Positions 1-9,623 of a DNA stretch of 64,000 bases are shown one piece after another. How positions within the stretch are numbered: position 1 is the first letter of the stretch; each line of letters opens with the position of its first letter. The notes under the pieces were generated by a model. That model ran no database searches and had not been told where the DNA came from. It was given only the letters and a program-made list of their open reading frames with translations. Location: the NCBI GenBank assembly GCA_963796275.1, contig CAWCKY010000004.1, positions 32,001 through 96,000 of the forward strand, in the 5' to 3' direction. The DNA is from an uncultured Acidobacteriota bacterium (GTDB taxonomy: Bacteria > Acidobacteriota > Blastocatellia > RBC074). The position numbers were made by a program, and so were the translations under genes.

Positions 1-1983
1 CGGCGTCTTTTGCAGCACTCGATCATCTGCTTCCAGAGGATATTCTTTTTGCATCCACTCCATGTGGTTCCAGATCGCCCCCTGCGTGATCATCACTCCC
101 TTCGGCTGCCCCGTCGATCCCGAGGTATAGATCACATACGCCAGGTTCTCCTCCGTTACTTCGATTCCCAGGTTCTCTCCATTTTCCTCCTCCAGCCGCA
201 CCCAATCCCGATCTACACAGATCACCTCTTCAACCCATTCCGGGACAGAACCCAATAACTTCTCCTGCGTTAGCACCACCCCCACTCCCGCATCCTGCAC
301 CATGTATCTCAACCGCTCGCTCGGATAGCTCGCATCTAGCGGTAAGTAGGCCCCTCCAGCTTTGAGCACGGCCAGCAGCGCCACCACCAGCTCACACGAT
401 CTCTCCATCTGAACTCCCACTAGCATCTCCGGCCCCACTCCCAATCGCCGCAGCTGTCGCGCCAGACGGTTCGCTCGCTCGTTCAGCTCTCGATAGGTCA
501 GACTCCCAGAACCATCCTCGATCGCCCTCTTTTCCCCGCTTCGCTCGACTTGCTCTTCAAACCATTCGTGCAGCACACGGAACCTTCCCCATTCGACTGC
601 CGTTCGATTCCAATTGATCAGCAATTCTTCGCGTATCCCCGATCCGACCAGTTCCAGCTCTCTCCACTCTTTTTCGGCACTGTTCACTGCGCTCCCGACC
701 ACGCTCAGATATTGTTCGGCGACTCGCTCGATCACGGCTTTCTCGTATCTCGCCCCTTCATACTGCAGCTCAGCGCGGAGCTCTTTCCCTTGCCTTTCAC
801 ACCACAGCTTGATTTTGAAATTCCCTTCTTTCATTCGTCTCCCGCATACTCTCCAGACCAAGCCACGGCTTCGTTCCTCATCTTCAGCTCTAACGTACTC
901 GAATCCGTACTCCAATCCTCTTCGCCACTCCGATTCCTCTCGAATGCTCGCCGCCACTCCTCGGAAGCAGTCTTGCCACGTCCGGTGCTCTTCCAGCCTC
1001 TCGCTCGTTTCATGCACTAGATGGCTCAGACTCGCATTGCTCGCTCCCTCAAATCTCATCGGCAGCCAGCGTTCGAATAATCCAAAAGCTCCTTCCAACT
1101 CGACGTCCGTTCTCCCATCGAACCGCACAACCACTGACTTCAGTCTTCCTCCCGTCAACTTCCACAACAGCACTTGCCAGCAAGCCAGCAGCACTGGTTC
1201 CTCACTCGTTCCCAGGATATCGGAGAGTCTCGCCACACCCGCCGCAAGTTCCTTCCCCAGATTTACTCTCACCGGACTCGATTCCCGCTCACGCTCCCAA
1301 CCTTCTACCTCAAGCGCCAGTCGACCGTTGGCTTCCGCTTCCGTCGATTGGCCTCGCCAATAGGCTCGGCCTTCGGACGCTTCCTCGCTCTCCTCCAGTT
1401 CGCGCTGCCACGCCGCATACGCCGCATATTGCACCACATCTGCTTCAGCCTCTTCCATCTCCTTACATCCTTCACGCAGCCTCTCATACCTCCAGGCCAA
1501 CTCACTCATCAGATTGACCCAGCTCTTGCGATCCACGCTCAATCTTGGCAGGCTGAGCAGCAATCTGGTCTCCTGCCTATCTTGACGCTGCAGACAGGCT
1601 TGTAAGGCTGGTTCGCTGCCGTCCACCGCTCCTTCCTCCATCGTCTCGACCACGCGATCGCCCCACGTCGTATCACCAGTCTCACACGCCTCCCGTTCTT
1701 CTCTCCATCCCAAGGCGCAGGATTCGCTCACCACCTGCCACGGCTGACTCATGCCGGCTGAGAGCCGATACCCGGTCCGCAGAATCTGATGCCTGGCCAC
1801 CGTCTCTTCCAACGCTCTTCGCAGTGCTTCGCTCTCGACCTCACCGGTCAGCACGATCTCGCACAATTCGCGCGGTGTCGGCCCAGCCAGCGCCGACAGT
1901 TCCCTCCACGCTTCCAACTGTTGCTGTGAGATCTGGTAGCCGGTTACCGCCTGCTGTTCTATCAATGTACTTTCATCTCCCAT
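1..1983 (-). CDS. NRPS, 5' part: N-terminal non-catalytic interface/C-like domain + adenylation domain, continues beyond left edge
   Basis: Manual translation from ATG 1983: MGDESTLIEQQAVTGYQISQQQLEAW...ETVARHQILRT; the HHxxxDG position reads LLSLPRLSVDRKSW; A3 motif LAYVIYTSGSTGQPKGV near the edge, in the same frame. Absent from the ORF track because there is no stop in the window. Confidence 0.9.
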   Translation of the reverse strand, partial: MGDESTLIEQQAVTGYQISQQQLEAWRELSALAGPTPRELCEIVLTGEVESEALRRALEETVARHQILRTGYRLSAGMSQPWQVVSESCALGWREEREACETGDTTWGDRVVETMEEGAVDGSEPALQACLQRQDRQETRLLLSLPRLSVDRKSWVNLMSELAWRYERLREGCKEMEEAEADVVQYAAYAAWQRELEESEEASEGRAYWRGQSTEAEANGRLALEVEGWERERESSPVRVNLGKELAAGVARLSDILGTSEEPVLLACWQVLLWKLTGGRLKSVVVRFDGRTDVELEGAFGLFERWLPMRFEGASNASLSHLVHETSERLEEHRTWQDCFRGVAASIREESEWRRGLEYGFEYVRAEDEERSRGLVWRVCGRRMKEGNFKIKLWCERQGKELRAELQYEGARYEKAVIERVAEQYLSVVGSAVNSAEKEWRELELVGSGIREELLINWNRTAVEWGRFRVLHEWFEEQVERSGEKRAIEDGSGSLTYRELNERANRLARQLRRLGVGPEMLVGVQMERSCELVVALLAVLKAGGAYLPLDASYPSERLRYMVQDAGVGVVLTQEKLLGSVPEWVEEVICVDRDWVRLEEENGENLGIEVTEENLAYVIYTSGSTGQPKGVMITQGAIWNHMEWMQKEYPLEADDRVLQKTP

Positions 1984-1984
1984 A

Positions 1985-3049
1985 TCAAATGTCCGTCCTT
2001 TCATATGGTTCGGCCATACCGAAAATGATCTTTCTCTCGCCCCTGAATGACCAGCGTCCGTGCGCGGTCAGCATATTGTCGAGAATGATGACGTCGCCGC
2101 GCTCCCACTCGAAGGCCTTGCTGTTTTCCAGATATGCAGCCCTCAACTCGTCCATGACCGGCGCTTCGATCTCGGATCCGTCCCCGTAGTAGGTATTGTT
2201 GGGCAGATCTTCTACTTTGAACTCCGCGAGCAGAGCATTACGGATCGCAGGTAAGAGCGTCGAAATATGAAAGAATGCCACGTGGTTGAACCAAACCTTT
2301 TCGCCGGTTCGTGGATGCTCAACCACGGCCGGTCGTACCTGGCGAGTGCGCAGACGGTCGCCGTCTCTCCATTCACAATCGATGCCGGCTTGGCGGCAAT
2401 ATCTTTCGACTTCGTCTTTTTCAGTGGTTTGAAAAACCGTCTGCCAGGGCAAGCCAAAGCCATTTCCGAAGTTGCGAACATACATCCATTTCTTTTCGAG
2501 AAAGCGTTCTCTGATCTCCGGAGATATACTCCGGAAAATTTTGCGCGTATCGGCAATCGGCGTCCCCCCTCCCTGCTCGGCCGGAATCAAACAACCGAAG
2601 TAAAGCTTCATCGGCAGAGTTTTGGCATAGGAGTGTTCGTTGTGGGGGAAGATATCTTGCTCCGCGGGATAATCGGTCGAGGTATAGACATTACCGATCA
2701 CGCTGCTGCGAGGAGATGAGCGTTCGCGGTACTCCATCACCTCTCCTGAAATCGCTCGGATCAATTGCTCAAACTCATCCGCCGAATTCATCTGAAAATT
2801 CCGGAGGAGAACGGCGCCACTCCGTCGGCACCAGGTTTCGATGAAGTCCCGGTGGTGCGCGGCCCAGTCAATCAGGCGGACCCCTTCGACGGCAGGCTTA
2901 ACGACCAGCGGGAGTGTGCCGTCGGCATCGAGGTATTCCGTATAAATCAGGCACTCCTCCAGCATGTTGACAGCTTTGGGCTGCGCCATTTTTCCCCGCG
3001 AAGCCCATAAGCTCTGTTTCTCCGGATCCTTCCTTTGTTCAGCACTCAT
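1985..3049 (-). CDS. TauD/TfdA-family Fe(II)/2-oxoglutarate dioxygenase, SyrP-like beta-hydroxylase
   Basis: HNEHSY (HxE) and DNMLTAHGR motifs; HPRTGEKVWFNHV; GGGAGG RBS before ATG 3049; stop abuts the next NRPS start. Confidence 0.9.
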   Translation of the reverse strand: MSAEQRKDPEKQSLWASRGKMAQPKAVNMLEECLIYTEYLDADGTLPLVVKPAVEGVRLIDWAAHHRDFIETWCRRSGAVLLRNFQMNSADEFEQLIRAISGEVMEYRERSSPRSSVIGNVYTSTDYPAEQDIFPHNEHSYAKTLPMKLYFGCLIPAEQGGGTPIADTRKIFRSISPEIRERFLEKKWMYVRNFGNGFGLPWQTVFQTTEKDEVERYCRQAGIDCEWRDGDRLRTRQVRPAVVEHPRTGEKVWFNHVAFFHISTLLPAIRNALLAEFKVEDLPNNTYYGDGSEIEAPVMDELRAAYLENSKAFEWERGDVIILDNMLTAHGRWSFRGERKIIFGMAEPYERTDI

Positions 3050-3172
3050 TGCCATCCCTCCCGTCAAAAAGAGTTCATGATCTGGCTCTCAAGTAGATAC
3101 TCTCCTCGAAATACGTCTCAGCACCACCTAGACGTCAGCCGCTCCCGTCACCCTCAAGTTGGGACGATGGGC

Positions 3173-6100
3173 TTATTTATTTTGTTTCGGGACGTCCGCA
3201 ACTCCTTTGAGCATTTTTCGGCGCGCCGCTGCAAATTTACTTCGATTCTGAAGGCGCTCCTGTCGATCATCCTCTTCGAGGGCAACAAAAAGCTCGTCGA
3301 CCATCACGGCTGAGCGCGCAGCGATTATGTGGAGCAGCGTTTTCAACCTGAGCCCGATCCGCTTAATCGTGGATGCGTCGAAAAGCTCCGTGTTGTAACG
3401 GAACTTGCCGATCATTCCGGCTTCAGCCTCTATCATATAAAGGCTCAGATCGAAGACGGACGTACTGTTATCAAATTCCGCAAGTTGCAGTTTCAAATCC
3501 CCGGCTTCCAGGAACTGCGTTTGCGCATTGCGCAAGCCGAACATCACCTGGAAGAGCGGATTACGGCCCAGATCGCGTTCGGGCCGTAACACTTCCACCA
3601 GTTTGTCAAATGGCAAATCCTGGTGGGCATAAGCGCCGAGAGTTGTCTCTTTGACTTGCCTCAACAGGTCGTCAAAATTCTGCCCCTTCCTGATCCGGAC
3701 ACGTAAGACCAGTTGGTTGACGAACAGTCCGATCAAGGCCTCGCTCTCTAGCCGATTCCGGTTTGCGACGTCCGTGCCGATGAGCAGGTCTTCCTCACTT
3801 GACCAATAACTGAGCAGCACCGCAAAAGACGCCAGCAAAGTCATAAACATTGTGGTTTCTTCCCGGCTGCTCAATGTCTTGATCGCTTCCGTCAGACTAT
3901 GGGAAATATCTAGATAGTAGGCTGCCCCCTTGAAAGACTGCACCAGCGGACGTTGCCGATCGGACGGCAATTCCAGTACGAGCGGCGCATCTGCGAGTTG
4001 CTCCTTCCAGTAAGAGAGCTGCCGGTCGAATACAATGCCGTTCATTTGCTCCCTTTCCCACGCCGCGTAATCGGCAAACTGAATTGAAAGTTCAGGGAGG
4101 GGAGAAGGTCGTTCATGCACGAAAGCTTCATAGAGAGTCGCCAGCTCGCGCACGAAGACTCCAATGGACCACCCATCGGAGATGATGTGAGGCAAGGTTA
4201 CCAGCAACATATGCCGTTCGCCCTCTAAGCGCAGCAATCTGAAACGCGCCAACGGCCCTAGTCTCAGATCAACCGGTTTTCTTGCCTCGGCGATTGCTAG
4301 TTGCTCTGCCATCGCTTCTCGTTCGCTCTCAGGCAACCCGCTCAAATCCTCGATCTGTAAAGTAATGTCCAGAGCCTCATTGATAATCTGGACCGGTCTC
4401 CCATCCTTAAAATCAATGGTCGTACGCAAGGCCTCGTGCCGCCGAATGATTTCGCCGAGACTTTGTTCCAATGGACTAAGATCGAGTTGTCCGATCAGAT
4501 GAATGACACCGGACGAGTTGTATGCCGTACTTCCAGGCGCCAGTTGATCCAAAAACCAGAGACGCTGTTGGGCAAAAGAGAGAGACAAATCCTGATTGCG
4601 GTCGATCGGCGGTATGGGCGAGGTAGCATTCCACGCCATTGCGCCAGCAACCTCAATCTCCTTGGCCAATTCGGCCACGACTGGTTTCTCGAAGAAAGTG
4701 GAGAGGGAGACTTCGATTCGGAATCTTTCGCGCAACCGCGAAACTACTTGCGCTGCTAATAGCGAATGCCCGCCCAATTGGAAGAAGTTGTCGTAGACAC
4801 CGACTCGAGACCCCCCGAGGACTTCTGTGAGAATTTCAACCAGCGCCTTCTCCACTGGAGTCCTCGGGGCGACATAATGATCGTCCGATTCAGAGAATGT
4901 TCGCGTCGCAAGAGGCAGCGCGCGCCGGTCTACTTTCCCACTTGGCGTCATCGGCAATTCGTCAAGTCTGACGAAGGTCGAAGGGATCATGTAATCCGGC
5001 AACCTCTGTTTCAGCGCATCCCGCAATTCATCTATAAGTTCTCCTCCCCAAGCCGATTGTCGCGGCACAACATAAGCAACCAGACGCTTATCGCCGCCGG
5101 ATTCCTCGCGAGCAGCAACCACTGCTGCTTTGATTGCCGGGGAGCTGCACAACGCGGTCTCAATCTCGGCAAGTTCGATACGGAACCCCCTGATCTTGAC
5201 TTGATGATCCATGCGCCCGAGAAATTCGATCTGCTCATCCTCTTGAAAACGGGCAATATCACCGGTCCGATAGAAACGCGCACCCGGCTCTAGGCTGAAG
5301 GGATCCGGCACAAACTTCTCCGCTGTCTGCTCGGTATCGTTAAGATATCCCCGCGCTAGCAGCGGCCCCCCAATGCACAGCTCTCCCCGAGTCCCAAGCG
5401 GCTTCAAATTTCCTTGCCGATCTAAAATATAGATGGCCCGCCCGGCAAGTGGGCGTCCTATCGGGACGCGAGTCACGGAGTCCTGTTCGCCATAATGTGG
5501 AGGTACGTCGAAGAGTGTGGAGGTGATCGTCGTCTCCGTCGGCCCATACGCATTTAATAATCTCGACGACCCCATTGCGCTCTGTAGCCACTGTCGCACA
5601 GTGGCTATGGGCATGGCATCTCCGCCAACAATGATCAGCCTGAGCTGCGTTTCCAATCCGTGCGTCTCAGTAAATTCCCGTGTGAGTACAGTCCAATAAG
5701 CCGGTGGCACATTGGCCACAGTGATACCATATCGTTCCACCTGATGATAAAAATCTGTCGTCTCCCACCGCTGCTCGTCGCGCAGCACCAGCGTCGCCCC
5801 GCTGAAGAGCGTTGCCAGTATCTGCTCGATTGAGACATCGAAACTCAGAGAAGCGAACTGGAGCATGCGATCATTCGACTGTAGTGCAAATGACTCTCCG
5901 ATCCGAGCCAGATGGTTGACCGCTGCTTCGTGAGAGATGCATACGCCTTTAGGGCTGCCGGTCGAACCCGATGTGTAAATAACGTATGCCAGATTCATCC
6001 CGGTAATACACGATTCAAGATTAACCGTGGATTCCTGCGCAATCCCTCCCCAATCTGAATCGAGACAAATGATTTCGGAGGCGACAGCAGAGGCTGGGAG

Positions 6101-7813
6101 ATTGAAGATAAGATGCTGTTCGATTAAGAGCACGGATGGGCCAGTGTCTGTAAGCATATAAGACAATCGCTCTTGCGGAGACTTCGGATCGAGCGGCACA
6201 TATACGCCGCCTGCTTTCAGTATTCCAAGTAGTGAGACCACTGTTGCGATAGAACGATTGGCGCAAACACCGACTGTGACTTCGGGTCCGACCCCCAACC
6301 CACGTAAACGATGTGCGAGTTGATTGGCTCGCTCGTTCAAATCACAATAGCTGATCACTTCATCTCCCAACACTATGGCTATCCTCTCAGGAGCGCGATC
6401 GACTTGGGCTTCGAACATCTCAGACAAGGTACATCTCAAAGGCACGGCGGAGCTGATGGCATCACCGACAGCCAGCAATTGACGTTGCTCCTCCTCGGTC
6501 AACAGCGACAGATTGGAAAGGCGCTGTTCAGATCCAGTAATGACGGTCTCGATCAGGGTCTTCAAATATCCGAGCGTCCGGCCCATAGCTTCCCGCTGAA
6601 AAGTAGAGCCGTCATGAGCAAGGCGTAAGACAAATTGGGGTGACTCCGAAACTTCGAGGACGGTGGGGTAGTCATTTTTTATGTCTACGTGATGGCGGCG
6701 AATTGTTATATCTCTGACAAACCATGGCAAAGGTAGAGTGTGCTCATAGTCATTGAAAGCCAGCGCGCTCTCGAACAAACTTTGATCAGGTTCAACATCG
6801 CTCCAGTCTCGGATTTTTGCCAGCGGGATATGCTCAAATCGGTTGGTCTCAATATATTGATCTTGCAGCCGGTTGAGCCATGAAATCACGGTGGCGCCGG
6901 CTGTGATCTCGACTCGAACCGGTACGAAGTTGCTGAACGCACCAACGGCAAGTTCTCCTCCAGGCCACGAAGATGGACGGTCCGACAAGCATATTCCGAA
7001 GACAATCTCCGTTGAATCAATGTAACGACCGAGGAGTAATGCCCATATACCTGAGAGTATAGTCCTTATGCTCAATTGATGGCGTTGCGCGAAAGCTCTG
7101 AGCGCGGCGCAGGTATTTGTAGAAAGCTCAATCTCTTCTTCTTGGTCTCGGCTGTGGTTGCCTGGTAACGGATGTATGCTCAGCGAGTCCGGTGCACGGA
7201 GCGCTGGCAGCGCATCCGTCCAAAACTCTTTAGCATCAGTTAGTTCTTGCCGTTTCAGCCAGGCAAAATAATCTTTGTATATATAAGTGTGCTTCGATTT
7301 GAATTCCCGCGCATCACATATCGCGTCATAGCATGCAAATAGATCCATCAAGATGATCTGTTGCGACCTTCGATCCAGTAACAATCCGTGATAACTCCAG
7401 ACAAAGTAATGTGTCTTTACAGTCATACGAATGAGATGAACGCGGAGCGGCGGCGATCTTCTCAGATCGAACCTGACCTCGCGCTCCGCTGTCAAAAACT
7501 GCTCCATCCGATGTTCCTGTTCACTTGCAGGCAACGTGCTCCAATCGTACCATTCCAGTGGTATCACCACTTCTCGCAGCACGACTTGTAGCGGTTCATT
7601 TAAATTCTCCCAGGAAAACAGGACGCGCAAAGCCTGATGCTGCCGTAGTATTCGCTGCCAGATCTGCTCGAAAGCGGTAACGTTCAAATCACCATCCAGG
7701 AGATAACTGCAGAGCCGCACGGGTAACGAACCAGGAGATTTCAGTTCGCGGCGCAGAATCTCCTGTTGAATAGGCGTAAGCCTATAGATATCTTCGATAT
7801 TCTCTACTTTCAT
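3173..7813 (-). CDS. NRPS: degenerate C - A - T - C
   Basis: N-terminal DCL-like domain with WSYHGLLLDRRS; A motifs YTSGSTGSPKG, NAYGPTE, YRTGD, SGKVDR; T motif FFQLGGHSL; C-terminal C domain PHIISDGWS. Confidence 0.95.
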   Translation of the reverse strand: MKVENIEDIYRLTPIQQEILRRELKSPGSLPVRLCSYLLDGDLNVTAFEQIWQRILRQHQALRVLFSWENLNEPLQVVLREVVIPLEWYDWSTLPASEQEHRMEQFLTAEREVRFDLRRSPPLRVHLIRMTVKTHYFVWSYHGLLLDRRSQQIILMDLFACYDAICDAREFKSKHTYIYKDYFAWLKRQELTDAKEFWTDALPALRAPDSLSIHPLPGNHSRDQEEEIELSTNTCAALRAFAQRHQLSIRTILSGIWALLLGRYIDSTEIVFGICLSDRPSSWPGGELAVGAFSNFVPVRVEITAGATVISWLNRLQDQYIETNRFEHIPLAKIRDWSDVEPDQSLFESALAFNDYEHTLPLPWFVRDITIRRHHVDIKNDYPTVLEVSESPQFVLRLAHDGSTFQREAMGRTLGYLKTLIETVITGSEQRLSNLSLLTEEEQRQLLAVGDAISSAVPLRCTLSEMFEAQVDRAPERIAIVLGDEVISYCDLNERANQLAHRLRGLGVGPEVTVGVCANRSIATVVSLLGILKAGGVYVPLDPKSPQERLSYMLTDTGPSVLLIEQHLIFNLPASAVASEIICLDSDWGGIAQESTVNLESCITGMNLAYVIYTSGSTGSPKGVCISHEAAVNHLARIGESFALQSNDRMLQFASLSFDVSIEQILATLFSGATLVLRDEQRWETTDFYHQVERYGITVANVPPAYWTVLTREFTETHGLETQLRLIIVGGDAMPIATVRQWLQSAMGSSRLLNAYGPTETTITSTLFDVPPHYGEQDSVTRVPIGRPLAGRAIYILDRQGNLKPLGTRGELCIGGPLLARGYLNDTEQTAEKFVPDPFSLEPGARFYRTGDIARFQEDEQIEFLGRMDHQVKIRGFRIELAEIETALCSSPAIKAAVVAAREESGGDKRLVAYVVPRQSAWGGELIDELRDALKQRLPDYMIPSTFVRLDELPMTPSGKVDRRALPLATRTFSESDDHYVAPRTPVEKALVEILTEVLGGSRVGVYDNFFQLGGHSLLAAQVVSRLRERFRIEVSLSTFFEKPVVAELAKEIEVAGAMAWNATSPIPPIDRNQDLSLSFAQQRLWFLDQLAPGSTAYNSSGVIHLIGQLDLSPLEQSLGEIIRRHEALRTTIDFKDGRPVQIINEALDITLQIEDLSGLPESEREAMAEQLAIAEARKPVDLRLGPLARFRLLRLEGERHMLLVTLPHIISDGWSIGVFVRELATLYEAFVHERPSPLPELSIQFADYAAWEREQMNGIVFDRQLSYWKEQLADAPLVLELPSDRQRPLVQSFKGAAYYLDISHSLTEAIKTLSSREETTMFMTLLASFAVLLSYWSSEEDLLIGTDVANRNRLESEALIGLFVNQLVLRVRIRKGQNFDDLLRQVKETTLGAYAHQDLPFDKLVEVLRPERDLGRNPLFQVMFGLRNAQTQFLEAGDLKLQLAEFDNSTSVFDLSLYMIEAEAGMIGKFRYNTELFDASTIKRIGLRLKTLLHIIAARSAVMVDELFVALEEDDRQERLQNRSKFAAARRKMLKGVADVPKQNK

Positions 7814-7875
7814 CTATTATGTTCCTTACCAAGCTATTCAAAGGTGTTTGCTGGAATGGTCGAGGATATACGAAC

Positions 7876-9492
7876 CTATCTTCCGGAAGCATCGGCTTCG
7901 AGGTAAGTGTCGAATCGCCCAAATAGGCGTTGAGCATCTAGGAATCCTGCTTCACGAGCCTTTTGAATCAGTTTATTGGCCTCTTTAATTTGAATAGATT
8001 CTTCTGACAACCCTAATCCCATGCCGTACTGGAACCACGGCTCACTTCCCATGGCATATATATATACCCGCTTTCCGCCGACCGCCTCGAGCAGCGCCCA
8101 TGCAGCTTTTGCGTTGCTGCCTTTCGTCCGTCTACTAATGTCATGATCGTGTTGAATCCTGGATGGGAGTAATGCCCCATAAAGCCATGAAAGCGGCGCG
8201 CCCACACATTCCATCCCCAAAAAAACAGTTTCAATATCGCCGATCGATCGACGAAGATGTTCGTATAGTCGCCGGTCGAGACAATTAGAGTCAGCCGCGA
8301 ATAAAATGCTCTCCTTTCCAATGCGAATGGCATATGCGCTCTTGCCGTGAGGGAGATCGGCATGCTCTCCTAAAAACGGGACGGCGATGATTTCACCATT
8401 TGGCAGCTCAATCGACTCCAGAGAATCCAACTCGATCACATTTTTAAATCCTATCTGATAGGCCAGCAGTTTCAGCGAAGGATCCGTGTAGAACAGGCTG
8501 AAGTTCTTTGGTACAACCAGGCAGTCGATGCGATGCCGCAAGCGAAGCAGCGTTTCAGGAACAAAGTGATCATGATGGGCGTGTGTAATGAGCGCGAAGT
8601 CAATCTTCTTTGGCAACTCTCGATAGGTGATACGCTCTAATCCGCCGTCTCGAGGCATAACCCCAACCCAGGGATCGGTCATGATAGAGATTCCATTCCA
8701 TTCGACCAAGACACAGGCATGTCCCAGATACCTGATGCGGAGCTTCGGTTCTCGCCACGGTTCAAGTGGCATATTGTGCTCTGACGATAAAAACGGCAGA
8801 AGCGCCTCTTCCTGCCGCTGACCGAGCTCCAGCACTTCGCGAATATGACCCAGAGGTCGCGGCGAGAGCTCAATCCTGAAGAGTTCATCTATCTCCGGGC
8901 TTTCGAATGATACTCGCCAGTCGATTTCATCTTCGTTGAGTAAATGCGGCGTGCTCAGGAAAAAGGGCCGCGAATTATCTCGCTGAACCATAAAAAAACG
9001 CAGTGACTGGAGTATTCTGTTATAGTAAGGGCTTGCGTAAAGCAACCCTTCCATCAGACGTAGAATCGGGTGATTGTAGTAATCGTAGACTAACTCTGTG
9101 TAACCGCGAAGACACTCAGATAATCTCTCATAAAAAGGCTCGAGGCTTTGCCCCTTCGCTTCGTGCGCCAGGCACTCATAAGCTTCGGTGATAGCCTTTG
9201 CCAATTCGAGGTTAGAATACTGGCGTTGCATTGAGCCGAGTAATGCCCGAACCTCATCTGCGCGCTCCAATGGCGCGTCAACAAAAGGTCCACCAACTAG
9301 CCTCGGGTTTTGGCAGGCCTTGATGTGGATCTCTGGATTTTCCATGTAAGACGAGAGAGTCTTGATCTGATAATGCCTCAGATGCATGCTGTAGGGAGCC
9401 GGGGCAATCAAATCCGACCACACGGCCCATTGATTAATTAACGGCTCGACCACAGTTGAATCCGCAAGACGATATGTTGTTTGGGATGACAC
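7876..9492 (-). CDS. MBL-fold non-heme diiron monooxygenase (CmlA/FrsH-type beta-hydroxylase), copy 2
   Basis: About 540 aa; THAHHDH, FLGEHADL, AADS, LGMECVGAP; N-terminal EPLINQWAVW; likely GTG start at 9492 after GAGGAGGAG. Confidence 0.88.
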   Translation of the reverse strand: MSSQTTYRLADSTVVEPLINQWAVWSDLIAPAPYSMHLRHYQIKTLSSYMENPEIHIKACQNPRLVGGPFVDAPLERADEVRALLGSMQRQYSNLELAKAITEAYECLAHEAKGQSLEPFYERLSECLRGYTELVYDYYNHPILRLMEGLLYASPYYNRILQSLRFFMVQRDNSRPFFLSTPHLLNEDEIDWRVSFESPEIDELFRIELSPRPLGHIREVLELGQRQEEALLPFLSSEHNMPLEPWREPKLRIRYLGHACVLVEWNGISIMTDPWVGVMPRDGGLERITYRELPKKIDFALITHAHHDHFVPETLLRLRHRIDCLVVPKNFSLFYTDPSLKLLAYQIGFKNVIELDSLESIELPNGEIIAVPFLGEHADLPHGKSAYAIRIGKESILFAADSNCLDRRLYEHLRRSIGDIETVFLGMECVGAPLSWLYGALLPSRIQHDHDISRRTKGSNAKAAWALLEAVGGKRVYIYAMGSEPWFQYGMGLGLSEESIQIKEANKLIQKAREAGFLDAQRLFGRFDTYLEADASGR

Positions 9493-9623
9493 TTCTCCTC
9501 CTCTACCGCATTTCTTTGCTGTTAACAACTAGATGTATTAACGCCTCGATAATGGTTTCTCTAATAGGCTTCGCAATAGGCTCTTGCGCAGAGAGAAGGC
9601 GGACCAAGAGATGGGGTTGGCGA

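Noticed and set aside
550-1605. Plus-strand ORFs of 143-249 aa
   Set aside because: Ser/Leu/Pro-rich antisense shadows of the minus-strand NRPS.
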